Shown here: piece by piece, positions 7,881 through 15,365 of the stretch
How positions within the stretch are numbered: position 1 is the stretch's first letter
How the letters are laid out: each line of letters begins with the position of its first letter
Assembly: GCA_003557645.1 (NCBI GenBank)
Contig: PWNV01000011.1
Span: forward strand, 13,640 to 77,639
Direction of reading: 5' to 3'
Length of the DNA: 64,000 nt
Source: Candidatus Nealsonbacteria bacterium
Lineage (GTDB): Bacteria; Patescibacteriota; Minisyncoccia; Minisyncoccales; PWPS01
Translations under genes and position numbers: made by a program
The notes under the pieces: model-generated
Told to the model about the DNA's origin: nothing
Database searches by the model: none
What the model saw: the letters and a program-made list of their open reading frames with translations, nothing else

Positions 7881-8738
7881 ATGAAAAATAAAAAAGTACT
7901 GCTAGTTTTCGCTTTGTTGATAGTGCTCAATATTTTTAGCTGGGAATTATTTTTTTCACTTCGCAGAGGAGAGATGGAGGTAGTTTTTTTGGATGTTGGT
8001 CAGGGTGATGCTATTTTAATTAAAACTCCTCAACATCACCATATTTTGATCGATGGAGGCCCAGGGAGCACCGTCCTAGAAAAACTTGGTGAAGAGTTTC
8101 CTTTTTTTTATAACTCCCTTGATCTGATTATTCTTACCCATCCCCACGATGATCATGTAGCAGGACTTATAGAGGTTGTAAAGCGATACGAAGTAAAAGA
8201 TATACTTTGCACGGGAGTTCGAGAAGAAACAGGTGTTTCCAGGGAGTGGAGTAGAATTATAGAAGAGGAAGGATATCGACAAGCAAGAGCTGGGACAAGA
8301 ATATCTGCCAATGATTTCTATATAGACATTCTTTATCCCGCAGAAAATTTAGCAGGAAAATATGTTAAAGACTTAAACGAGGTATCAGTTATTTCTCGTT
8401 TAGTTTATAAAGACAGCAGCTTTTTGTTTACAGGTGACGCTTACAAAAAGCAAGAAAGAGAAGTTATTGCTTTTCTGCAAGACTGTAAAGAAGAAGATTG
8501 GTGCTCAATTTTTACCCTTGACTCAGATGTTCTAAAGCTTGGCCATCACGGATCTCGAACCTCTACTTCCAAGGAGTTCTTGCAGTATGTTTCTCCAAGC
8601 GCTGCAGTTGTTATGGCGGGAGAAGGTAATCGCTACGGGCACCCGCACAGGGAAATATTAGAGAAGTTAGAAAAATATGGCATAACCGTAAAACGGACGG
8701 ATGTAGACGGTGATATACGTATTGTCTCTGAAGATTAA
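7881..8738 (+). CDS. ComEC/Rec2-related metallo-beta-lactamase-domain protein (MBL domain only, single N-terminal TM)
   Basis: MBL motifs LTHPHDDHVAGL and LGHHGSRTS. N-terminus MKNKK plus a hydrophobic helix. No competence-channel domain. I prefer the ATG at 7881 over the track's GTG at 7860, which lies inside the terminator hairpin. Confidence 0.8.
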   Translation: MKNKKVLLVFALLIVLNIFSWELFFSLRRGEMEVVFLDVGQGDAILIKTPQHHHILIDGGPGSTVLEKLGEEFPFFYNSLDLIILTHPHDDHVAGLIEVVKRYEVKDILCTGVREETGVSREWSRIIEEEGYRQARAGTRISANDFYIDILYPAENLAGKYVKDLNEVSVISRLVYKDSSFLFTGDAYKKQEREVIAFLQDCKEEDWCSIFTLDSDVLKLGHHGSRTSTSKEFLQYVSPSAAVVMAGEGNRYGHPHREILEKLEKYGITVKRTDVDGDIRIVSED

Positions 8739-8757
8739 ATCATATATAATCAAAGCA

Positions 8758-9120
8758 ATGGAAAAAAATATTGAAACAAAAGAAACAAGCAGGGAGATTC
8801 TTTTTGAGTGGTATAAAGAGAAAGGGGTGTCCTTTGAGGATCTTGAGAAATTAGAGAAGAGAAGAAAAGAGGAGGAGGAAGGAGAAGAAGATATTAGTTT
8901 TTCTTCTCCCGAAAAATCATTGGAAAGTTTAAAGGAAAAAGAGGACGAAAAAAAGCTAGAAGTAAAGGCAGAGGTTAAGAAGTTACTAATTTTAGCGGAA
9001 ACGGGTGGATTAGAAGAAGCAATAAAAGAGGCGCAAAAAAAAGCTGATCCGCTTGTTTTAGATGTTTTTCATGACGCCCTAGCTATGCACGGTGCGTATA
9101 AAAAATTTATCGGAAAATAA
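8758..9120 (+). CDS. hypothetical acidic protein
   Basis: 120 aa from the ATG at 8758 (track start 8710 is less likely). E/K-rich low-complexity centre with a helical-looking C-terminus. Stop abuts the next ATG (TAAATG). Confidence 0.5.
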   Translation: MEKNIETKETSREILFEWYKEKGVSFEDLEKLEKRRKEEEEGEEDISFSSPEKSLESLKEKEDEKKLEVKAEVKKLLILAETGGLEEAIKEAQKKADPLVLDVFHDALAMHGAYKKFIGK

Positions 9121-11505
9121 ATGTATATTCCTGTATTTTGGATTATTATCCTAATAACCTTTTTTCTTGTTATTGCTTTACTGATTTTTTTGTCTAAAAA
9201 AAGCAGGTTAGAGAATATAAAGCGGAGCTTAGATATGTCTCTTTTTTTAGTAAAGCTTCCGCGATACGAAAGCCAGGAAAAGGAAAGGCAGATAGAGGAG
9301 AAAAAAATAATCTCAAAGATGGAGCAGATTTACTCTAATTTTCTTTCCTTGCGAAAGGGAGAGAGGGTTGCTCTAGAGATTGCCTCTGAGGTGGGTCAGG
9401 GTGATATTTCATTTTATATCGCTGTTCCTTCAAGTTATGAAAATGCTTTAAGTAAATACGTGCAAGGAGTTTACTCTGGAGCAGTTTTGGAAAAAGTTCC
9501 TGGAGATTACACGATTTTTGAACCCAAGGGAGAGGCTTCGGCTTCTTTTTTAAAAACAAAGAAAAGTTTTTTCTTCCCGATAAATACTTATGAAAACCTA
9601 GAGAAAGATCCACTAGAATCAATAGCGAATGCAGTAAGTAGTATTGAGCCAGGAGAGGGAGCCGCTGTGCAAATAATATTGAGACCATGCTCTTTTAGCT
9701 TGCGCGAGAAGGGAGAGAAGTTACTCAGTAAAATTATAAACGATAAAAGTAGTTTGGAAAAAGCAATTACAGAGGTTAATGCGGGGACTTTTGGTAAAAA
9801 TTTTCGTGATTTATCTACTGCGGTTACAAAGAAAGAAGGGGAGAAGAATAAAGAGCTGGAGGAGAGAAAGGTCGGAGATGATACTATTGAAGCAATAAGA
9901 GAAAAAATAAGAAAGCCTGGATTTGAAGTCAATATAAGGCTTATTGGCGTAGCAAAAAACAAGGATGATGCGGATAAAGTGCTTCACAGCTTAGAGAGCG
10001 GATTCTCCCAATTTTCTTCTTCTTGGAATGAGTTTAAGATGGTTAGAGCTAAGAAAAAGATGCTCAGACAGCTTATCTATAATTATAGTTTTCGTAATTA
10101 TCGTAAAGAAGAAACCAACATTCTAAATAATGCTGAGATTGTTAGTGTTTATCATCTTCCTTTGTCTCATATGGAGAGTCCGTATATAAAATGGGCGAAA
10201 ACAAAGGAAGCTCCACCTCCCTCAGAGCTTCCAAAAAGCGGACCACTGTATCTAGGGGGTGCGGTTTATCGAGGTGAAAAAAAAGATGTCTATATGTCTT
10301 CCAATGAAGATAGAATGAGACATTTCTATATGATAGGTCAAACAGGAACGGGTAAATCTAACTTCTTGCGACAAATGATTCGCCAGGACCTTGAAAGCGG
10401 AGAGGGTGTGGGAGTTATAGATCCGCACGGAGATCTTATTGAACACACCTTACTCAACATTCCCAAAGATCGCATAGATGACGTGGTCCTTTTTGAACCT
10501 TTTGACCGAGACAGGCCGTGTGGACTCAATATGCTTGAATGGGATCTTCCCGAGCAAAAAAGCTTTGCTATCAATGAAATGATAACTATTTTTGGGACTC
10601 TTTTTGATCCATCTATTATAGGCCCTATGTTCGAGTATTATATGCGAAACGCCATGGCAGCTTTAATGGCCGACAAAGAAGATCCGGGAACATTAGTTGA
10701 GATTCCAAGAATGTTTATTGATGAAGATTTTAGAGAAAGAAGGTTGCAAAAAAGTGCAGATCCTATGATTAGAGATTTTTGGCTTAAAGAGTGGAGACAG
10801 ACAACAGGACAAACGGCTTCGGATATGAGAGGTTATGTGGTGTCAAAGATAGGAAGATTTGTCCAAGATGAAATGATGAGGGGTATTATTGGACAGAGTA
10901 AATCGTCTTTTGATTTAAGTAAAATAATGAACGAAGGAAAGATATTTTTAGCAGATCTCTCCAAAGGAAAAACAGGGGAGCTTAATAGCAAGCTTTTAGG
11001 GCTTGTTCTTGTCTCAAAAATGCAAGTTGCTGCGATGCAAAGAGCTAGAATACCAGAAAAAGAAAGAAGGGATTTCTTTTTATACGTGGATGAATTCCAA
11101 AATTTTACAACTGAAAGCGTGGCAACTATACTTTCCGAAGCAAGGAAGTACAGATTAAGTTTAAATGTATCTCATCAATTTATGCCTCAGCTTTCCGAGA
11201 ATATCAGAAATGCGGTAGTAGGTAATGTTGGGACAATGGCTTCGTTTAGGGTTGGAGCTGATGATGCTCAGTTTTTGGAAAATCAGTACAGTCCGGAGTT
11301 TTCCAAGTTTGACCTTATGAATGTTGATAATTATCAGTATATTTTCAAAACAATAGTAAATGGAAAAGTAACAACCCCCTTTAAAGTACATGCGCCTCCG
11401 CCAACTCCAGGAGATCCAGAAATAGCAAGAAGAGCAAGAGAAGTGTCGAAATCAAAATATGGGAAACCAAGAATTATGGTAGAAAAAGAGATTATGGAGA
11501 GATAG
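9121..11505 (+). CDS. membrane-anchored P-loop ATPase, TraD/VirD4 (type IV coupling protein)/HerA-FtsK-like
   Basis: 794 aa. N-terminal TM helix followed by SKKSR, then about 370 aa of unassigned domain. Walker A GQTGTGKS, Walker B FFLYVDEFQNF, and a C-terminal SHQFMPQL...GNVGTMASFRVG region resembling TraG/TraD C-terminal modules. Confidence 0.7.
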   Translation: MYIPVFWIIILITFFLVIALLIFLSKKSRLENIKRSLDMSLFLVKLPRYESQEKERQIEEKKIISKMEQIYSNFLSLRKGERVALEIASEVGQGDISFYIAVPSSYENALSKYVQGVYSGAVLEKVPGDYTIFEPKGEASASFLKTKKSFFFPINTYENLEKDPLESIANAVSSIEPGEGAAVQIILRPCSFSLREKGEKLLSKIINDKSSLEKAITEVNAGTFGKNFRDLSTAVTKKEGEKNKELEERKVGDDTIEAIREKIRKPGFEVNIRLIGVAKNKDDADKVLHSLESGFSQFSSSWNEFKMVRAKKKMLRQLIYNYSFRNYRKEETNILNNAEIVSVYHLPLSHMESPYIKWAKTKEAPPPSELPKSGPLYLGGAVYRGEKKDVYMSSNEDRMRHFYMIGQTGTGKSNFLRQMIRQDLESGEGVGVIDPHGDLIEHTLLNIPKDRIDDVVLFEPFDRDRPCGLNMLEWDLPEQKSFAINEMITIFGTLFDPSIIGPMFEYYMRNAMAALMADKEDPGTLVEIPRMFIDEDFRERRLQKSADPMIRDFWLKEWRQTTGQTASDMRGYVVSKIGRFVQDEMMRGIIGQSKSSFDLSKIMNEGKIFLADLSKGKTGELNSKLLGLVLVSKMQVAAMQRARIPEKERRDFFLYVDEFQNFTTESVATILSEARKYRLSLNVSHQFMPQLSENIRNAVVGNVGTMASFRVGADDAQFLENQYSPEFSKFDLMNVDNYQYIFKTIVNGKVTTPFKVHAPPPTPGDPEIARRAREVSKSKYGKPRIMVEKEIMER

Positions 11506-11511
11506 AGGTTT

Positions 11512-11540
11512 TTGACTTTGTATTAGAAAAATTATAAACT
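11512..11540 (+). promoter_or_regulatory. candidate promoter of the LOG gene
   Basis: TTGACT (11512-11517), 17-nt spacer, TAAACT (11535-11540). Only 10 nt to the ATG at 11551. Confidence 0.3.
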
Positions 11541-11550
11541 TTTCAGCATT

Positions 11551-12261
11551 ATGAAAAATATAAAAGATTCATCACAAATCTTTGATAAAGATCCTGCCCT
11601 AGGGAAAGAGGACTTTCGAAAAACCTTTCAATGGAGAATTTTTCGAATTATGGCAGAGTTTGTGGAAGGGTTTCAGTTTGTGGCTGATCTTAAAAATCCG
11701 GTAGCTATTTTTGGTTCAAGTCGTTTTGATGAGCAGAATCCAGACTATGTAAAAGCGAGGACCCTTGGTAATCTTTTGGCAAAAGAAAACTTTTCAGTTG
11801 TCACTGGAGGGGGGCCGGGAATTATGGAAGCTGCCAACAGAGGAGCAGCGGAAAGCGGCGGGAAAGGAGAATCGATTGGAATAAATATTCAACTTGAAGA
11901 AGGAGAGAGAGCAAACGAATATATGGAACGGTCTATCAGTTTTTATTATTTCTTTACTAGAAAAGTAATGCTTTCATTTTCTTCTTCCGGATATGTGTTT
12001 TTTCCAGGAGGATTTGGAACGTTAGATGAATTTTTCGAAATAATGACACTTATTCAGACGAAGAAAATTCCAGGAGTATCTACAGTTGTCGTTGTGGGAA
12101 AGAGTTACTGGGAGCCTTTATTAAGCTGGGCGCAAGAAGAACTTTGTCAAAAATATGAAACTATCGATCAGAAGGATTTGGAGATGATTAATATTGTTGA
12201 TACACCGGAAGAAGCTTTAGATGTTATAAAAAAAGCGTTTGATTATAAAAATAATAATTAA
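11551..12261 (+). CDS. LOG-family nucleotide 5'-monophosphate nucleosidase (TIGR00730-type)
   Basis: 236 aa with GGGPGIMEAANRGA and PGGFGTLDEFFE motifs. Confidence 0.87.
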   Translation: MKNIKDSSQIFDKDPALGKEDFRKTFQWRIFRIMAEFVEGFQFVADLKNPVAIFGSSRFDEQNPDYVKARTLGNLLAKENFSVVTGGGPGIMEAANRGAAESGGKGESIGINIQLEEGERANEYMERSISFYYFFTRKVMLSFSSSGYVFFPGGFGTLDEFFEIMTLIQTKKIPGVSTVVVVGKSYWEPLLSWAQEELCQKYETIDQKDLEMINIVDTPEEALDVIKKAFDYKNNN

Positions 12262-12266
12262 TTAAA

Positions 12267-13331
12267 ATGAAAGATATAGAGTTCCCAGTTTTCAAAACAA
12301 AGGTAGAAAATGATCGCCATTTTAATCTTTCCGATCCCAAAGGAAGAGAAGAATACTTTGCTTTCAAGGCAGGAAGTGAGATTGAAAGAATTAGAAAGCA
12401 TCTTGAGCATAGTGCTTTTATTGTTTATCTTCTAGGAAAGAAAAGTGCAGGAAAAGGCACCTACTCCAAAATGCTCGCAGAGGTAATTGCTCCAGAGAAG
12501 ATCGAACACTTTTCTGTTGGAGACATGATAAGAGAAGTAGATAAAGATTTAAAAGATGAAACGAAACGAAAAGAATTAATTGCTTTTTTAGAGGAAAACT
12601 ATCGAGGATGGATATCTGTAGATGAGATTATAAATATTTTAGAAGGAAGGAGTACTGCAAAACTTCTTCCTACGGATGTTATTCTTGCACTTGTAAAAAG
12701 AGAGATTGCTAAGAGAGGAAGAAAAGTTATTTTTATTGATGGCTTCCCTCGTGACCTGGACCAAATTTCTTATTCACTGTTTTTCCGTGATCTTGTTGGG
12801 TATCGTGATGATGCAGATTTTTTTGCTCTTATCGACGTTGCCGAGCAAGTGATCGATGAGAGAGTAAAGTGGAGAAGGATTTGCCCTAAATGTAACACTT
12901 CTCGGAATTATAAGCTTTTACCAACTTCTAAAATTAAACATGAAGAAGGAGAGTTCTCCTTAATTTGTGATAATCCTGGTTGTGGTGAGGAGAAGATGGT
13001 AAGAAAAGAAGGCGATGAAGCCGGAATTGATCCGATTAGAGAAAGATTGGAGATGGACGAGTATCTTATAAAACAAGCTTTCAATCTTTACGGGATACCA
13101 AAAATTCTTCTTCGTAATTCTGTTCCTGCTGAAAAAGCGGAGGAGTATGTTTCCACTTATGAACTTACTCCCGAGTATAGCTACGAGTGGGATGAGGAAA
13201 AAGGAGAGGTAATAGTAAAGGAAACTCCGTGGACTATTAAAGATGATCGTGGTGTAGAAAGCTACAGCTTGCTTGCTCCCCCTGTTGTTGTCTCTTTTAT
13301 CAAGCAGCTTGCTGACTTACTAAAAGCTTGA
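12267..13331 (+). CDS. adenylate-kinase-family (NMP kinase) protein with Cys4 lid and N- and C-terminal extensions
   Basis: 354 aa. Divergent P-loop GKKSAGKGT, IDGFPRD, lid CPKCNTS...CDNPGCG. About 55 aa N-terminal and about 90 aa C-terminal extra sequence. Confidence 0.65.
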   Translation: MKDIEFPVFKTKVENDRHFNLSDPKGREEYFAFKAGSEIERIRKHLEHSAFIVYLLGKKSAGKGTYSKMLAEVIAPEKIEHFSVGDMIREVDKDLKDETKRKELIAFLEENYRGWISVDEIINILEGRSTAKLLPTDVILALVKREIAKRGRKVIFIDGFPRDLDQISYSLFFRDLVGYRDDADFFALIDVAEQVIDERVKWRRICPKCNTSRNYKLLPTSKIKHEEGEFSLICDNPGCGEEKMVRKEGDEAGIDPIRERLEMDEYLIKQAFNLYGIPKILLRNSVPAEKAEEYVSTYELTPEYSYEWDEEKGEVIVKETPWTIKDDRGVESYSLLAPPVVVSFIKQLADLLKA

Positions 13332-13355
13332 CTACCATAGAAAGAGAGATATACT
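13328..13355 (+). promoter_or_regulatory. candidate promoter of the ncRNA candidate
   Basis: TTGACT (13328-13333, overlapping the upstream stop codon), 16-nt spacer, TATACT (13350-13355). The predicted start is about 6-8 nt later, at the 5' strand of the closing helix. Confidence 0.45.
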
Positions 13356-13361
13356 TTAGAT

Positions 13362-13490
13362 ACCGTTCCGCCCACATTGAAATTCTGACATTGTTATTAT
13401 CAGGGAGCCGAAAATGATTCTCAGCTCGTGGGCTGAGACTGAGGCACCCACCTTAATTTTTATGCTCAGATCCTTCATAGGGCGGACGGT
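13362..13490 (+). ncRNA. candidate structured ncRNA (long irregular hairpin; SRP-RNA-like or 6S-like, identity unresolved)
   Basis: ORF-free 193-bp gap. ACCGTTCCGCCC (13362-13373) pairs with GGGCGGACGGT (13480-13490), giving 11 bp with one bulge. Internal helices: TCTGA-CAT/ATG-C-TCAGA, GGGAGCC/GGCACCC, and apical CTCAGC/GCTGAG. U-rich tail TTTGTTGC. Sits upstream of ybaB, where SRP RNA lies in some bacteria. Confidence 0.4.
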
Positions 13491-13524
13491 TTGTTGCTAA
13501 ATTTTAAAATAAATCAAATTATAT

Positions 13525-13776
13525 ATGCTTGACAAATTTAAACAGATGAATCAACTCCGCAATATTCAAAATGAGCTTGGAAAGGAAAAAGTAGAAGAAG
13601 AAAAGAGGGGAGTAAGGATTGTAATGAATGGAAAGATGCAAGTGGAGGAGGTTAGCATAAACCCAGATCTCGAAACTAAAGAGCAAGGAGAAGCCCTTAA
13701 AGAGTGCTTTAACAGCGTAACACAGAAAGTACAGATGATGGCTGCAAGGAAGATGCAAGAGATGGGAGCGCTATAA
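13525..13776 (+). CDS. YbaB/EbfC-family nucleoid-associated protein
   Basis: 83 aa. Pattern KQMNQLRNIQNEL...VRIVMNGKMQVEEVSINPDL matches the YbaB family layout. Confidence 0.7.
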   Translation: MLDKFKQMNQLRNIQNELGKEKVEEEKRGVRIVMNGKMQVEEVSINPDLETKEQGEALKECFNSVTQKVQMMAARKMQEMGAL

Positions 13777-13798
13777 AAAAAGCGACAGAAACGTCGCT
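13774..13798 (-). terminator. intrinsic terminator for the rpmB-tRNA-Pro transcript
   Basis: Minus strand: stem AGCGAC/GTCGCT with a 6-nt loop, followed by a T run (TTTTTTTAT). Overlaps the ybaB stop codon. Confidence 0.5.
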
Positions 13799-13813
13799 TA
13801 ATTGCTACTAAAT

Positions 13814-13887
13814 TCGGGCCGGCGGGATTTGAACCCACGATCTCACGCACCCCATGCGTGCGCCCTAAGCCTCTAGGCCACGGCCCG
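13814..13887 (-). tRNA. tRNA-Pro (anticodon GGG)
   Basis: Manual cloverleaf: acceptor CGGGCCG/CGGCCCG, anticodon stem CACGC/GCGTG, loop ATGGGGT, T-arm GTGGG-TTCAAAT-CCCGC. No encoded CCA. Confidence 0.9.
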
Positions 13888-14109
13888 TTATTTTTTTTTG
13901 CCCAAAGTTTTAATGCACTTTGCACACGCTACAACCTTCTTTCCAGCAAAGGGTTTAAACTTTTTATTATTAACAACAGAAGGGATTCTTGCAGATTGTA
14001 AATTTGGTTTCTTTCGCCTTTTAGGAGTGGGATTGTATTGAGACATCAGCTTTTTCCTGCCGCTCTCCATTGATGATGTTTTTTCGCATATTTCACACAT
14101 TCTTGGCAT
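13888..14109 (-). CDS. rpmB: 50S ribosomal protein L28
   Basis: 73 aa from MPRMCEICEKTSS...QYNPTPKRRKKPNLQ...CAKCIKT. The track ORF is extended upstream to 14178. Stop TAA at 13890-13888 abuts the tRNA-Pro 5' end. Confidence 0.85.
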   Translation of the reverse strand: MPRMCEICEKTSSMESGRKKLMSQYNPTPKRRKKPNLQSARIPSVVNNKKFKPFAGKKVVACAKCIKTLGKKK

Positions 14110-14226
14110 AATTATAGTAGATATTAATTTTTTAATATGCTGTATTATAATGGAAAATGTAAATTTATCAAGTGACAAGAAAGTAGAAGTTGTTTTTTAC
14201 TGCTTTTTTTGTTATTATCTAGCACT

Positions 14227-14877
14227 ATGGAAATCTGGATTTTTTTACTAATAATTCTTATCTTTTCAGCGATATTTCATGAATATGCGCATGGTTTTGC
14301 TGCGTATGCTTTAGGCGATCCAACTGCAAAAAATGCCGGAAGACTTACCTTTAATCCCATTCCACACATTGATCCCTTTATGACGATCATGCTTCCCTTG
14401 GTTTTAGTTCTTGTTGGTTCTCCTTTTATTATAGGAGGAGCAAAGCCGGTTCCCATAAACCCCTTTAATTTACGCCAAAAATATGACGCTTTAAAAGTGG
14501 CTCTTGCCGGCCCCTTCTCTAATATTTTACTTGCTTTGCTTTTTGGATTAATGATTCGATTTTTGCCCTTTGTAAGGGAAACTGAGTCGCTGTTTCTTGC
14601 TTTCGGGGCGGTGGTTTTCTTAAATCTTCTACTTGCTTTTTTTAATCTTTTACCCATTCCTCCACTTGATGGTTCTCATGTTCTTTTTACCTTCTTTCCC
14701 TCAATTGCCGGAAAAGTGAAGATGTTTTTTGCTCAGTATGGATTCATCGTTCTTTTTCTGGTATTAATCTTGTTTTTTTCCTTTATCTTTCAATTTCTTT
14801 TCATCGTTATTAGTCTTGTTTTTTTCCTCTTTACAGGGAGCTATCTCGGTGATCTCTTTATGGTTATGGGGATGTAA
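14227..14877 (+). CDS. site-2 protease family (peptidase M50) membrane metalloprotease
   Basis: HEYAHGF zinc motif and NLLPIPPLDGSHV, polytopic. ATG at 14227 preferred to the TTG at 14209. Confidence 0.8.
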   Translation: MEIWIFLLIILIFSAIFHEYAHGFAAYALGDPTAKNAGRLTFNPIPHIDPFMTIMLPLVLVLVGSPFIIGGAKPVPINPFNLRQKYDALKVALAGPFSNILLALLFGLMIRFLPFVRETESLFLAFGAVVFLNLLLAFFNLLPIPPLDGSHVLFTFFPSIAGKVKMFFAQYGFIVLFLVLILFFSFIFQFLFIVISLVFFLFTGSYLGDLFMVMGM

Positions 14878-14886
14878 GAGCAATGC

Positions 14887-14914
14887 TTGACATTTTATTT
14901 TTTTCGTGTATATT
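14887..14914 (+). promoter_or_regulatory. candidate promoter of the str/S10/spc supercluster
   Basis: TTGACA (14887-14892), 16-nt spacer, TATATT (14909-14914). Leader contains the hairpin AGAGGTT-AATGC-AACCTCT (14920-14938). Confidence 0.5.
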
Positions 14915-14952
14915 TTCATAGAGGTTAATGCAACCTCTTTGTGTTTAGTTTT

Positions 14953-15363
14953 ATGCCTACAATAAATCAACTTATCAAAAAAGGAAGGAAAAAAATGAAA
15001 GGGAAAGATAAAACCCCGGTTTTTTCTTATGGATTTAATAATGTAAAAAACAGAAAATCTTATTTTCCCTCTCCTTTCAAGAGGGGAGTTTGCTTGAAAG
15101 TAACTACAGTTACTCCTAAAAAACCGAACTCGGCCTTGCGTAAAGTGGCTCGTGTACGACTCTCTAACGGAGCGGAAGTAACGGCCTACATTCCCGGAGA
15201 AGGTCACAAGTTGCAAGAACACTCGGTGGTTCTTTTGAGAGGTGGAAGAGTGAAAGACCTTCCTGGAGTGCGTTATCATGTGGTGCGTGGAACTCTGGAT
15301 ACTACCGGTGTAGAAGGAAAGAAGAAGTCCAGAAGTAAATACGGAACTAAGAAATCTTCGTAA
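14953..15363 (+). CDS. rpsL: 30S ribosomal protein S12
   Basis: [14 protein letters not shown]...[16 protein letters not shown]...[13 protein letters not shown]. Carries about 13 extra residues before KRGVC. ATG at 14953 preferred to the GTG at 14941. Confidence 0.95.
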   Translation: MPTINQLIKKGRKKMKGKDKTPVFSYGFNNVKNRKSYFPSPFKRGVCLKVTTVTPKKPNSALRKVARVRLSNGAEVTAYIPGEGHKLQEHSVVLLRGGRVKDLPGVRYHVVRGTLDTTGVEGKKKSRSKYGTKKSS

Positions 15364-15365
15364 GT

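Noticed and set aside
14764-15279. 171-aa minus-strand ORF across the rpsL promoter and gene. Similar antisense ORFs occur in fusA, rpoA, rplE and the deaminase gene (15959-16390, 38446-38877, 25287-25700, 55473-55925).
   Set aside because: They overlap highly conserved ribosomal or translation genes on the other strand and have no recognisable motifs. Treated as non-coding shadows.
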